Shown here: positions 53,591-64,000 of the stretch, one piece after another
Layout of the letters: each line of letters opens with the position of its first letter
How positions within the stretch are numbered: the stretch's first letter is position 1
Assembly: GCA_963757695.1 (NCBI GenBank)
Contig: CAVWTJ010000002.1
Span: 409,461-473,460, forward strand
Length of the DNA stretch: 64,000 nt
From: an uncultured Actinomycetota bacterium
Lineage (GTDB): Bacteria; Actinomycetota; Actinomycetes; Propionibacteriales; Nocardioidaceae
Reading direction: 5' to 3'
Program-made: the position numbers and the translations under genes
Notes under the pieces: generated by a model
What the model was told of the DNA's origin: nothing
What the model saw: only the letters and a program-made list of their open reading frames with translations
The model's database searches: none

Positions 53591-54598
53591 TCAGTCCGGT
53601 GCCGGCACGGTCCGGGTGCGTCGTACCAGCTCGCGGTAGACGACACGGACCGCCACCGCGCGGGCGAGCTCGCCGAGGATCTCCCCGAAGAACTCCTTGC
53701 GGTACAGCTCGTCGGTGATCGCCACGACGGTGAAGTAGAGCCCGGAGAAGCCGGCCAGGAAGACCGACACGTGCAGCAGCTCGACGCTGACGAAGTCGAG
53801 GCCGAAGAGAGCCCGGGGCTGGTCGACGGAGAGCCAGATCTCGATCACGGAGTCGTCGATCGCGACCGCACCGAAGACCATGAAGAACACGAAGACCGCC
53901 AGCGAGAGCAGCAGCACCTGCACCGCCTGGGCCACCACGAGCACCAGCACCAGGTTGACCATCTGCAGGCCGGTCACCTGCGCCTCGGCAGGCAGGTCGA
54001 GGTCGGCGTCGTCGACCACCTCGTGGGCCAGCGCCGCGAACGGCGTCCCGGCCGTGGCGGCCAGGACGTCCTCGGCGCCGACCGAGTCGTCGAAGCGGTC
54101 GAGCTCCTCGGCCAGCCGCGGCACCAGGAACAGCATCGCGGCGGCCGCGAAGAAGAGCACCGCACCCCAGAGCACGCCACCCTCCAGTGCGGAGGCGACC
54201 TGCCACACCTCGGTGTTGATGAACAGGAACGTGATGAAGAGCAGCAGCATCGGCAGCGCCCTGGTCGCCAGCGGTAGCAGCAGCCCCAGGCTGCCGAAGC
54301 CGCGGCGCAGCGCCCAGACCGCGATCACCGATGCGCGCAGGGCCCGCAGGGCGTAGAGGAGCAGCACGATGCCGGCGACGCTGGCTCCGGTCGGGACGCC
54401 CAAGGACGGCGTGTGCGTGAGCAGCGCGACGGTCGTGCCGGACACCGCGCCGAGCACGGCGGCGACGACGGCCACCGTGACCACGCGCCCGCGGCTCAGC
54501 CGCGAGGCCACCAGGGCGCGTACGTCGTCGACGAAGTAGGGCAGGCCGTGGTGCTGGAACCAGTACTCGGCGGCCTGGACGGGGGTCCGTTCACGCAC
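53591..54598 (-). CDS. Conserved actinobacterial integral membrane protein
   Basis: WFQHHGLPYF; TRALPMLLLFITFLFINTEVWQV; FLAGFSGLYF; multiple TM segments. Confidence 0.75.
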   Translation of the reverse strand: MRERTPVQAAEYWFQHHGLPYFVDDVRALVASRLSRGRVVTVAVVAAVLGAVSGTTVALLTHTPSLGVPTGASVAGIVLLLYALRALRASVIAVWALRRGFGSLGLLLPLATRALPMLLLFITFLFINTEVWQVASALEGGVLWGAVLFFAAAAMLFLVPRLAEELDRFDDSVGAEDVLAATAGTPFAALAHEVVDDADLDLPAEAQVTGLQMVNLVLVLVVAQAVQVLLLSLAVFVFFMVFGAVAIDDSVIEIWLSVDQPRALFGLDFVSVELLHVSVFLAGFSGLYFTVVAITDELYRKEFFGEILGELARAVAVRVVYRELVRRTRTVPAPD

Positions 54599-55532
54599 CG
54601 AGGATCTCCCGGGCGCGCTGCACGTCGTCGGCCATCTGCGACCAGCAGCGGGTCGATGCCCTCGAAGGTGACCATGCCGCGCAGCCGCTCGACGAACTCG
54701 ACCTCGACCTCGACGCCGTAGAGGTCCAGGCCGGTGCGGTCGATGACGTAGGACTCGACGCGTCGTTCCCGGACCCCGTCGAAGGTCGGGTTGGTGCCGA
54801 CGCTGATCGCCGCCGGGTAGGACTCCCCGGTGTCGAGGCGACGGAGCCGACCGGCGTACACGCCGTCGGCCGGCGCCGCGGTGAGCCCGTCGGTGGGCAC
54901 GTTGGCTGTCGGGTAGCCCGAGCTCGCGACCGCGCTGGTCCCCGCGCACGACCGTGCCCCGTACGACGAACGGCCGGCCGAGCGCCTCGGCGGCGCCGCC
55001 GACGTCACCGGTCGCGAGGCAGGTGCGGACGTAGGTCGAGGACCAGACCTGGGGTCCCCCGTCGAGGTCGACGCCCTCCGGCTCGAAGCCGGCAGCGGCA
55101 CCGGCACCTCTCAGGAACGCGACGTCGCCGGCGGCCCTGCCGGCCGAACCGGAAGTTGGCGCCCACGACCACGGCCCGGGCGTGCAGGGTGCTCGACCAG
55201 GACCCGGTCGACGAACTCCTGGGGGCTCCACCCGGCGACGGACAGGTCGAAGGGCAGCGCGAAGACGTGGTCGACACCCGCAGCGCCCAGCAGCTCGGCC
55301 CGCTCCTCGAGCGTGGTCAGCATGGTCGGCGCGTGCTCCGGTCGCAGCACCGCCATCGGGTGCGGGTCGAAGGTGACGGCCACCAGCGGCAGCCCGAGCG
55401 CGGTCGGCGGTGGCCCGCGCCCGCTCGATGACCGCGCGATGACCGCGGTGCACGCCGTCGAAGTTGCCGATGGTGACGGCGCTCGCGGCCAGGTCGGCCG
55501 GGACCTCGTCGAAGCTGCGCCAGATCGATCAC
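54591..55532 (-). CDS. ribF: Bifunctional riboflavin kinase/FAD synthetase, frameshifted
   Basis: TIGNFDGVHRGH, TFDPHP, VVGANFRFG, WSSTYVR, GYPTAN, SVGTNPTF. Confidence 0.95.
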
Positions 55533-55612
55533 GGGTAGAGCCTAGAAGACCCCCGAGCCCGGACTGCGGCAGGCACCGGCATCGACGGGCAGCGCAGGTC
55601 CGCGACGGCGGG

Positions 55613-56482
55613 TCAGACGAAGACGGCGACCGGCTCGGGCCTGGCCCTCACGCGGCTCGTAGAGCGCCAGGAACTGCCCGTCGGGGGCGAAGAGGGCGGT
55701 GAGGCCGTCGAGCTCCAGGTCGAGGCGCCGGCCGACCCGGACGTCGGCGGCGCCGGCGTCGTCCAGGTCGTAGGACCGGGAACGTCGCGCGTGCCGCGTC
55801 GGCGATCGGCAGCACCGAGAAGTCGTCGGCGAGCTCCTCGAGCGTGCGCGCCCGCGCCAGGTCGAACGCGCCGACCGCCGTACGACGCAGGGCGGCGAGG
55901 TGACCGCCGACGCCGAGGCGCAGCCCGGCGTCGCGGGCGATGGCGCGGATGTAGGTGCCGCTGGAGCAGCGCACCGTGATCCGCACGTCGGGCAGCGCCA
56001 CCTCGTGGACCGTGAGCTCGTGGATCGTGACCGGCCGCGCCTTCAGCGCGACCTCCTCGCCGTCGCGGACCCGCTGGTAGGCGCGCTTGCCGTCGACCTT
56101 GATCGCCGAGACCGCCGTGGGGACCTGCTCGATGTCGCCGACGAACGCCGGCCAGCGCGTCCCGCACCTGCTGCTCGGTGACCGCGGCCAGGGCGACCGG
56201 GTCGGCCGTCGCGACGACCTCGCCCTCGGCGTCGTCGGTGGTCGTGGCCGCGCCCGAGCCGGATCGTGGCGTCGTAGCGCCTTCTCGGTCAGCATCAGGT
56301 GGCCGAGCAGGCGGGTGGCCCGGTCGACGCCGAGCACCAGCACCCCGGTCGCCATCGGGTCGAGGGTGCCGGCATGGCCGACCTTGCGGGTGCCGGCGAG
56401 GCGGCGTACGCGGGCGACGACGTCGTGCGAGGTCATCGCCGCCGGCCTTGTCGACGACGACCAGGCCGGGCGTGACGGTCAC
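55613..56482 (-). CDS. truB: tRNA pseudouridine(55) synthase, frameshifted
   Basis: [48 protein letters not shown]. Confidence 0.95.
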   Translation of the reverse strand: MTVTPGLVVVDKAGGDDLARRRRPRTPPRRHPQGRPCRHPRPDGDRGAGARRRPGHPPARPPDADREGATTPRSGSGAATTTDDAEGEVVATADPVALAAVTEQQVRDALAGVRRRHRAGPHGGLGDQGRRQARLPAGPRRRGGRAEGAAGHDPRAHGPRGGAARRADHGALLQRHLHPRHRPRRRAAPRRRRSPRRPASYGGRRVRPGAGAHARGARRRLLGAADRRRGTRDVPGPTTWTTPAPPTSGSAGASTWSSTASPPSSPPTGSSWRSTSRVRARPEPVAVFV

Positions 56483-56971
56483 GCCTCGTCGTCCCCGTCG
56501 TCGTTCGCCGACCGGCTCGACGTCGGCGGGCTCGTCGTCCGACTCGGCCTCGAGGTCCCGCGGGCTTCTTGTACGGGTCCTCCTCGCCGGCGTACGCCGT
56601 GCCGCGCGGCGGCCGCGACGGCGTCGTCGTGCGCCTTGGCCCGGGCGAGCACCTCGTCGAGGGCACGCGCCTCCTCGGGCAGGGCGTCGTGGAAGAAGCG
56701 TCAGGGTCGGCGCGATGCGGGTGCCGAGCTGCTTGGCGACCTCCGAGCGCAGGATGCCCTTGGCGGACTCCAGCGCGATCGCGGTGCCCGCCATCTCCTC
56801 CTCCCCGCCGAGGACGGTGTAGAAGATCGACGCCTGCTGGCCGTCGCCGGTGATCCGGACGTCGGTGATGGTGACGAACCCCAGCCGCGGGTCCTTGATC
56901 CGGCGCTCGAGCATCTCGGCGACGATCACCTGGATGCGGTCGGCGAGCTTGCGCACACGGGGACTGGCCAT
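56479..56971 (-). CDS. rbfA: Ribosome-binding factor A, frameshifted
   Basis: [28 protein letters not shown]. Confidence 0.93.
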
Positions 56972-57143
56972 GGTGTCTACCTTCTCAAACGTTGAGCGCC
57001 GGCGTGGACACGCCGGCTGGTGCGAGCGAACCGAGTGCCGCCGGCCCGCCCGACCGCTCGCGAAGCGAGCCTGGTCGGGGCGGGACCAGCGGCCGGTGCG
57101 GCGAAGCCGCTCCTTGGCCGTCTCCCGGCGCAGCCCGAGGCCG

Positions 57144-60016
57144 TCAGGCCCGCGGGATCTCGCGCATCTCGAACGCCTCCACGACATCGCCTTCCTTGAT
57201 GTCCTGGAAGTTGCGCAGCACCAGACCACACTCGAAGCCCTCGCGGACCTCGGAGGCGTCGTCCTTCTCCCGCTTGAGCGAGGCGAGGTCGAGGTTGTCG
57301 GCCACCACCTTGCTGTCGCGCAGGATGCGCACCTTGGCGTTGCGGCGGATGGTGCCCGCTGGTGACCATGCAACCGGCGATCTTGCCGATCTTGGAGCTG
57401 GAGAAGATCGCACGGATCTCCGCCTGGCCCAGGGTCGACTCCTCGAACTCGGGCTTGAGCATGCCCTTGAGCGCCGCCTCGATCTCGTCGATGGCCTGGT
57501 AGATGACGGTGTAGTACCGGATCTCCACGCCCTCCTTGTCGGCCATCTCGGTCGCCTTGCCCTGCGGGCGGACGTTGAAGCCGATGATGATCGCGTCGGA
57601 GGCGGCGGCCAGGTCGACGTTGGTCTCGGTGATCGCACCGACACCACGGTCGATGACGCGGATGCCCACGTCGTCGCCGACGTCGAGCTGCGACAGGGCG
57701 TCCTCGAGAGCCTCGACCGAACCGGACACGTCGCCCTTGAGGATGAGGTTGAGCTCCTGGCTCTCCGCCCTTCTCCATGGAGGCCATGAAGTCCTCGAGC
57801 GTGCGACGCACGCGACGCTTGGCCTGCATGGCCGCACGCTCGCGCGCCTCGCGCTTCTCGGCGATCTGACGGGCCATCCGGTCGTCGTCGACGACGAGGA
57901 AGTTCTGACCCGCACCGGGCACCGCGCTCAGACCGAGGACCATCGCCGGACGCGACCGGGTCGGCCTCGAGTGATCTCGTCGCCGTGCTCGTCGAGCATG
58001 GCGCGCACCCGGCCGTACGCCGGACCGGCGACGATCGAGTCACCGACGCGCAGCGTGCCGCGCTGGACCAGGATCGTGGCCACCGGGCCGCGACCGCGGT
58101 CGAGGTGGGCCTCGACGACCAGGCCCTGGGCGTCCTGCGTCGGGTTGGCCCGCAGGTCGAGGGAGGCGTCGGCGGTCAGGACGATCGCCTCGAGCAGCTT
58201 GTCGAGGTTGAGCTCGGACTTGGCCGAGACGTCGACGAACATCGCGTCGCCGCCGTACTCCTCGGGCACCAGGCCGTACTCGGTGAGCTGGCCGCGCACC
58301 TTGGTCGGGTCGGCGTCGGGCTTGTCGATCTTGTTGACCGCGACCACGATCGGGACGCCGGCGGCCTTGGCGTGGTTGAGCGCCTCGACCGTCTGCGGCA
58401 TGACGCCGTCGTCGGCCGCGACCACCAGGACCGCGATGTCGGTGGCCTGGGCACCACGGGCACGCATGGCGGTGAACGCCTCGTGACCCGGGGTGTCGAT
58501 GAAGGTGATCCGACGCTCGGTGCCGTCGACGTCGGTGGCGACCTGGTAGGCACCGATGTGCTGGGTGATGCCACCGGCCTCCTTGTCGACGACGTTGGCG
58601 TTGCGCAGCGCGTCGAGGAGCTTGGTCTTTCCGTGGTCGACGTGACCCATGACGGTGACGACCGGGGGTCGGATGACCAGGTCGGACTCGTCGCCCTCGT
58701 CGGCACCGAACTCGATGTCGAAGCCCTCGAGCAGCTCGCGGTCCTCGTCCTCGGGCGAGACGACCTCGACGATGTAGTTGAGCTCCTCGCCGAGCAGCTG
58801 CAGCACGGCGTCGTTGACCGACTCGGTGGCCGTGACCATCTCGCCGAGGTGGAACAGCATCTGCACCAGCGAGGCCGGCTCGACACCGATCTTGTCGGCG
58901 AAGTCGGTCAGCGAGGCGCCACGGGCGAGACGGACCGTCTCGCCGTTGCCCTTGCGGACCCGCATGCCGCCGATCGTCGGGGCCTCCATGGCCTCGAACT
59001 CCTGGCGACGGGCCCGCTTCGACTTGCGACCGCGACGCGACGGACCACCGGCGCGACCGAAGGCGCCCTGGGTCTGACCGCGCTGGCCGGGACGGGTGGG
59101 ACGAGCACCGCTGGGGAAGCCGCCGGGACGACCCGGCGCTCCGCCGGGAGCGCCACCGGGGCCACCGCGACCGGGAGCACCCGCACGGGCGCCACCGGGG
59201 CCACCGCGACCGGGGGCCCCACCGGGGCCACCGCGACCGGGGCCACCGGGCCCACCGGGGCCACGACCGCCGGGGCCGCCACCGAAGGCGGCAGGGCGAC
59301 TTGGGCATCATCGCCGGGTTGGGGCGCGGCATCCCGGGACGACCCGGGGCACCACCGTCGCGACCGGCGGGCGGGCGCGGCGGACGGTTGCTCGGGTCAG
59401 CAGCGGGGCCGCCCTCGGCGGCCGGCGCGGCCGGCGGGGCGGAGGGACGACGTCCCATGCCCTGGCTGGAGGAGAACGGGTTGTTGCCCGGACGCGGGCG
59501 CACCGGGGCGACCGACCGGCCGCGGGGCCGGGGACGGCGCCTTCGGCGAGGCCTGGGGACCGGGGGCGGCGAGCGCCACCGGCGTCGGCAGCGGGCGGCT
59601 CCTGCGCCGCGGGCGGCTCGGGAGCCGGACTCCGCCGCGGGAGCGGCCGGGCCGGCGGCAGGGCGCCGCCGGGCTTCTCGGCGGGCGGCGCGGGGGCCTC
59701 AGCGACGGGGGCGGGCCGGGCGCCTCCGGCTCGGCGGGGGCCGCCTTCGGGAGCCGGCTTGGGGCCGGGCTTGGCCGCGCGCCTTGGCCGGGGACGGCTT
59801 GGCCGCCGGTGCCTCGGCAGCCGGGGCTGCGGACGCTGCCGGAGCGGCGTTCTTCAGGGACTCGCCGACCTCCTTGCGGAAACGCATCTCCGCGGGCAGC
59901 TCGACGGTCGAGCTCGCCGACTTGACGAACTCCCCCATCTCCTTGAACTTCTCGAGAACGAACTTGCTCTCGACACCGAACTCCTTGGCGAGTTCGTGGA
60001 CTCGGGTCTTGGCCAC
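57144..60016 (-). CDS. infB: Translation initiation factor IF-2, frameshifted
   Basis: [11 protein letters not shown]; G/P/R-rich linker; [38 protein letters not shown]. Confidence 0.96.
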
Positions 60017-60166
60017 AATTCTCCTTCTGGCTCGACCCGCGTCCATTTCGTGATGGGGCGTGATCGAGCCTCAGTGGTGGTGTTGCAAACTCATCGGGAA
60101 ATACTCATCGAGTGCTCATGAGCTACTGCTCCAGTTCCCTGTTGATGGGTGGTGGATGGGTGGATG

Positions 60167-60500
60167 TCACGCTTCTGAGGCTGTGCTGCTGGTCGTGCCG
60201 GCGAGCTGCTCGGCCAGGTACTCGGCCACCGGTGCGCTGGAGAGTGCGGCCGTCAGACGAAGTGCACGTCCGAAGGCCTTCCTGCGTACCGCGAGGTCGT
60301 AGCACCCGGTCGTGGGGTGCAGGTGCGCCCCACGGCCGTGCGCGGTTCTCGTCGGATCGGGTACGACGGCCGCGCTGGCCGTGCGCGTCCGAGCCGGCGG
60401 TCACCCGCAACAACTCACGTGTGGTGGCCCGCTTCCGACACCCCACGCACGTACGGACAGGATCCGTTCGCTCATGAGACGTCGTCTGGAGAACCACCAC
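60167..60500 (-). CDS. ylxR: YlxR (DUF448) RNA-binding protein, frameshifted
   Basis: PVRTCVGCRK...LLRV; GRGAHLH; RKAFGRALR; lies between nusA and infB. Confidence 0.8.
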
Positions 60501-60565
60501 TGAGCAGTCTAGCCAACCCGGGGCCGATCACCGAACCGGGATGCGGGCGGGCTCACCGCTGCTGC

Positions 60566-60725
60566 CGGCTCACTGGTTTCGACGCGCGCCTTCCGCTTGT
60601 TGCGAGATCATTGCTGCTTCTCGGCTCACTGGGTTTCGACGCGTGCCTTCCGACCTCGTGCCTCGGCCGGAGCGCTTGCTCAACCTTCGCTCATCACGCG
60701 CCGCCGCTCGTGCCTCGCGGTGGCG
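60566..60725. repeat. Dispersed GGTTTCGA...CTCAACC hairpin repeat (copy B) with partial tandem duplication
   Basis: CGGCTCACTG(G)GTTTCGACGCG(C/T)GCCTTCCG at 60566 and 60622; shared blocks with 15273-15368. Confidence 0.85.
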
Positions 60726-61698
60726 CTATGAGCTCTCCTCGTCGCCGTGGATGTCGATGCGCCAGCCGGTGAGGCGGGCGGCGAGGCGGGCGTTCTGGCC
60801 CTCCTTGCCGATGGCCAGCGACAGCTGGAAGCTCGGTACGACGACCCGCGCCGACCGGGCGGCGAGGTCGACGATCTCGACGCTGCTGACCCGCGCCGGC
60901 GACAGCGCGTTGGCCACCAGCCGGGCGGGGTCGTCGGCCCAGTCGACGATGTCGATCTTCTCGCCGTGCAGCTCCGACATGACGTTGCGGACCCGCTGGC
61001 CCATCGGTCCGATGCAGGCACCCTTGGCGTTGACGCCGGAGACCGTCGGCGCGACCGCGATCTTGGTGCGGTGGCCGGCCTCGCGGGCGATCGCCGCGAT
61101 CTCGACCTGGCCGCTGGCGATCTCGGGCACCTCGAGGGCGAAGAGCTTCTTCACCAGGTTGGGGTGGGAGCGGGTGAGCGTGACCTGTGGACCACGCATG
61201 CCCTTGCGGACCGAGAGCACCAGGCACTTGATGCGGGTGCCGTGCGTGTAGGTCTCGCCGGGCACCCGCTCGCTCACGGGCAGGATGGCCTCGAGCCGGC
61301 CGAGGTCGACCAGGACGTCGTCGGGGTTGCGGCCCTGCTGGATGACGCCCGGAGATCAGGTCGCCCTCCTTGCCGGAGAACTCACCGAACTTGATCTCGT
61401 CCTCGGCGTCGCGCAGCCGCTGCATCATGATCTGCTTCGCGGTCGTCGCGGCGATCCGGCCGAAGCCGGCGGGGGTGTCGTCGAACTCGCCGACCTTCAC
61501 GCCGTCCTCGTCGACCTCGGCGGCCATCACGACCACGTGCCCGGACTTGCGGTCGAGGACCACGCGCGCGTCGTCGATCGCGCCCGGGGACTTGTGGTAG
61601 GCGGTGAGCAGGGCCTGCTCGATGGCCTCGACGAGCACCTCGAACTTGATCTCCTTCTCGCGCTCGAGCATCCGCAGGATGTTCAGGTCGATGTCCAT
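60726..61698 (-). CDS. nusA: Transcription termination factor NusA, frameshifted
   Basis: [61 protein letters not shown]. Confidence 0.96.
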
Positions 61699-62259
61699 CA
61701 GTCGTTCTCCTCGATGTCGTCGTCGTCGAGGTCGTCGACGATAGTCTGGTGCGTCGTCCTGCTCGGCGTCGGGGTCGTCGCTGCGCCGGGGGTGTCTTGC
61801 GGTTGAACTCGATCTGGACCAGCGCCCGGTCGACCTCGGTCGTAGGCGACCAGGCGATCCTTGCCCGGACACCTCCACCATGACGGTCTCCTCGCCGCTG
61901 TCGCCGATGCGACCGGTGAACGACGAGCCGTCGGTCAGCTTGACCTTGACCAGCCGGTCGGCGTTGCGGCGCCAGTGGCGCGGCAGCGTCAGCGGGCGGT
62001 CGACGCCGCGCGAGGTGACCTCCAGCGTGTAGGGCTGGGAGCCCATCACGTCGGAGTCGTCGAGCACGCGGTTGACCTCGCGAGTGGCCGCGGCGACGTC
62101 GTCCATCGTGACGCCACCGTCCTGGTCGACGGCGATGCGCAGCACCCGGCGGTTGCCGGCGGGGGTGAGCTCGACGGCCTCGAGGTCGAGGCCGAGCGCG
62201 GCAAGGGGGTCGGCGAGCTCGTTCTCGATGCGGCTCGGCAATGTCGTGTCGGCGGACAT
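61698..62259 (-). CDS. rimP: Ribosome maturation factor RimP, frameshifted
   Basis: LDLEAVEL...[11 protein letters not shown]; [14 protein letters not shown]. Confidence 0.93.
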
Positions 62260-62415
62260 CGGACCTCCTTGTGCTGTTGTGGTCGAGCAGGTGACCACAC
62301 TAGGGCATGACCCCCGATCCGGGCGGATGCCGGCGGCGCCCCGGAGCGGGTGGCCGGTCCCGACGCCCGACCACCACGGGCTCGGCCCGGGAGCGGCCCG
62401 GGATAGGGTCGTGCG

Positions 62416-62954
62416 GTGTCTCAGCCGCTCCCCCGCGCCAGCCGCCGTACGGCACTGGGCGGCACCATCGCCGGCGCCCTCGGCCTCGCCGGGTGCGCGG
62501 TGGGCCCCGGGGCCGGGGACGCGCCGGCCGCGCCGGTCACGACGACGTTCGGGAGCCGGTCCGACGGGTCGACCGCGGCGCCGGGCGGCGGCGAGGACAC
62601 CGACCCCGACACCGATCCCGACGTCGCACTCGTGGAGGTGGTCCTGCGCCAGCTGACGACCGCCCACCACGTCGTCCGTGAGAACCGGCGTGCCAACCCG
62701 GGGCTGAGCGCGCGGCTGCGCCCGATCGAGCGGCTGCACGCCGTCCATGCCGCCGAGCTCGGCGGCCTGCGGGCCCTGACGACGACGGTCCCCGACGCGG
62801 GCGGACGGTCCGCGGTGCTCGAAGCGGGTGGCGGGACCGAGCAGCAGCTCGAACGCCGTCTGGTGCGAGGCTCGGTCGAGGCCGCAGCGGCGCGCTGGCT
62901 CAGGTCCTGGCGGCGATGGCGGCCGCGGTGACCCAGGTCAGGACCACGCTGTGA
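62416..62954 (+). CDS. Putative Tat-exported lipoprotein, frameshifted
   Basis: SRRTALGG...LAGC signal; TAGGGT -10 six nt before GTG; precedes the DUF4439 gene. Confidence 0.6.
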
Positions 62955-63372
62955 CGTACGTCGACGCCCTCCAGACCGCGCTGGCCGCGGAGCACGCGGC
63001 CGACTTCGTGATCGGCTACCTCGGCGCCCAGACCTCCACGTCGGCCGAGCCCGCCCTGGCGGCCGACCTGCGCGAGGCCTACGACCGACGCACCGCGCGC
63101 GGCGGGACGCGCTCGAGGCACAGGTGCGCGCCGCGAACGCCGAGCCCGGTCGCCGCCGCGGCGTCGTACGACGGTGCCCGACGTCGCCGGCGTACCGGAG
63201 CGCATCCGGGAGCGGGCGGTGGCCGTGGAGCGATCCTGCGGGGAGGCGTACGGCTTCCTGGTCGCGAACAGCCCCCCGGACCGGCGTCGCTGCCGCGATC
63301 ACGGCGCTGCTCGACAGCGCGCGCCGCGAGATCGTCTTCGGCGGAGACCCCCGCCACTACCCGGGTCGCTGA
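62951..63372 (+). CDS. Ferritin-like DUF4439 protein, frameshifted
   Basis: ALQTALAAEHAADFVIGYLG; C-terminal ALLDSARRE...YPGR; usual position next to rimP. Confidence 0.7.
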
Positions 63373-63405
63373 ACAACGGGTCGGGCGCCGCACAGGCGTC
63401 CGCCC

Positions 63406-63541
63406 ACTCGCTCTCCGGGGAACTCCCGAGATGCTCCCCGGAGAAGCGAGTTGCGGACTGCATGGCCTGGACGAGAGGCCGGTGAAGGGATCCGCGGGCT
63501 GGGGGCCCCGGGGGGACGCCCTTCGTGCAGAAGTCTGCAAC
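63406..63541. ncRNA. Candidate structured RNA (unassigned)
   Basis: Hairpin at 63406-63451, then a multibranch fold closed by GTTGCGGACTGCA / TGCAG..GTCTGCAAC. Confidence 0.35.
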
Positions 63542-63677
63542 GCCGAGCACTCCGACGGATACAGCCGGCGATCTTCACAAAGTGGCATTGCACAAACCTG
63601 CAACTGACGCCTGTCCCCGGGGATCAGCACCCGTACGGCGCCCCAGAAGCAGCACCGGACGGCCCGGCACGCCGAGG

Positions 63678-64000
63678 TCAGCGCCAGCCGTCGACGGCGC
63701 GGAGCACGTCGCCCAGCTCGTGCGCCACGGCGTCCGGCTCACCCTCGGTGTGGCCGACCTGCTCGGGCGGGATGTCGCTGTGCGGGACGTGGATGGCGCG
63801 CAGCCCGGCGTTGTGGGCGCCCCAGATGTCGTCGAAGAGCCGGTCGCCGACGTAGACGCAGCGGCCCGGGTCGGTGGCTCCGACCGCCGCCATCGCGGCC
63901 TCGAAGGCACGCGGCGACGGCTTGGTCCACGCGATCTCGCTGGAGTAGACGTCGCCGTCGATCAGGTGCCGCACGCCGTCGCGCTCGAAGATGCCCTCGT
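63678..64000 (-). CDS. HAD-family hydrolase (3' part; start beyond window)
   Basis: SSEIAWTKPSPRAF; YVGDRLFDDIWGAHNAGLRAI. Confidence 0.88.
   Translation of the reverse strand, partial: EGIFERDGVRHLIDGDVYSSEIAWTKPSPRAFEAAMAAVGATDPGRCVYVGDRLFDDIWGAHNAGLRAIHVPHSDIPPEQVGHTEGEPDAVAHELGDVLRAVDGWR

Noticed and set aside
59090-59300. Tandem GC-rich repeats (CCGGGGCCACCGCGA)
   Set aside because: They encode the ordinary Gly/Pro/Arg-rich linker of actinobacterial IF-2.

Overview
High-GC actinobacterial chromosome segment, most likely Nocardioides-like (inferred from gene order and protein style). Many single-base indels break even essential genes (rpsO, infB, nusA, pnp, dapB, ribF, nadA); these look like long-read errors, so coordinates of broken genes are reconstructed by eye. 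Contents: trpD; the cytochrome bc1-aa3 supercomplex cluster (ctaE-qcrCAB, ctaC-ctaD-ctaF, CtaG-like factor); iscS/tusA, a PfkB kinase, erpA, glycerate kinase and nadA; a pspA-pspAA-htpX-pspAB operon; a mannitol-type PTS with an unusual SorE/YggP-like dehydrogenase instead of mtlD; an M4 protease, dapB, an M16 peptidase, pnp (with Actino-pnp leader) and rpsO; a ~15 kb accessory block (HNH nuclease, Mo-oxidoreductase, MMPL plus two-component system, fructose PTS, sortase); and rimP-nusA-ylxR-infB-rbfA-truB-ribF. Most notable: (1) an AbiEi-HTH/DUF559-like nuclease gene bracketed by directly repeated, covarying palindromes with a DnaA-box-like 9-mer, a candidate transposase-free REP/REPIN-like mobile unit; (2) a GGTTTCGA...CTCAACC hairpin repeat family at three loci; (3) a possible mannitol-1-P to fructose-1-P route; (4) a candidate structured RNA near 63.4 kb; (5) a symmetric bidirectional leaderless promoter.
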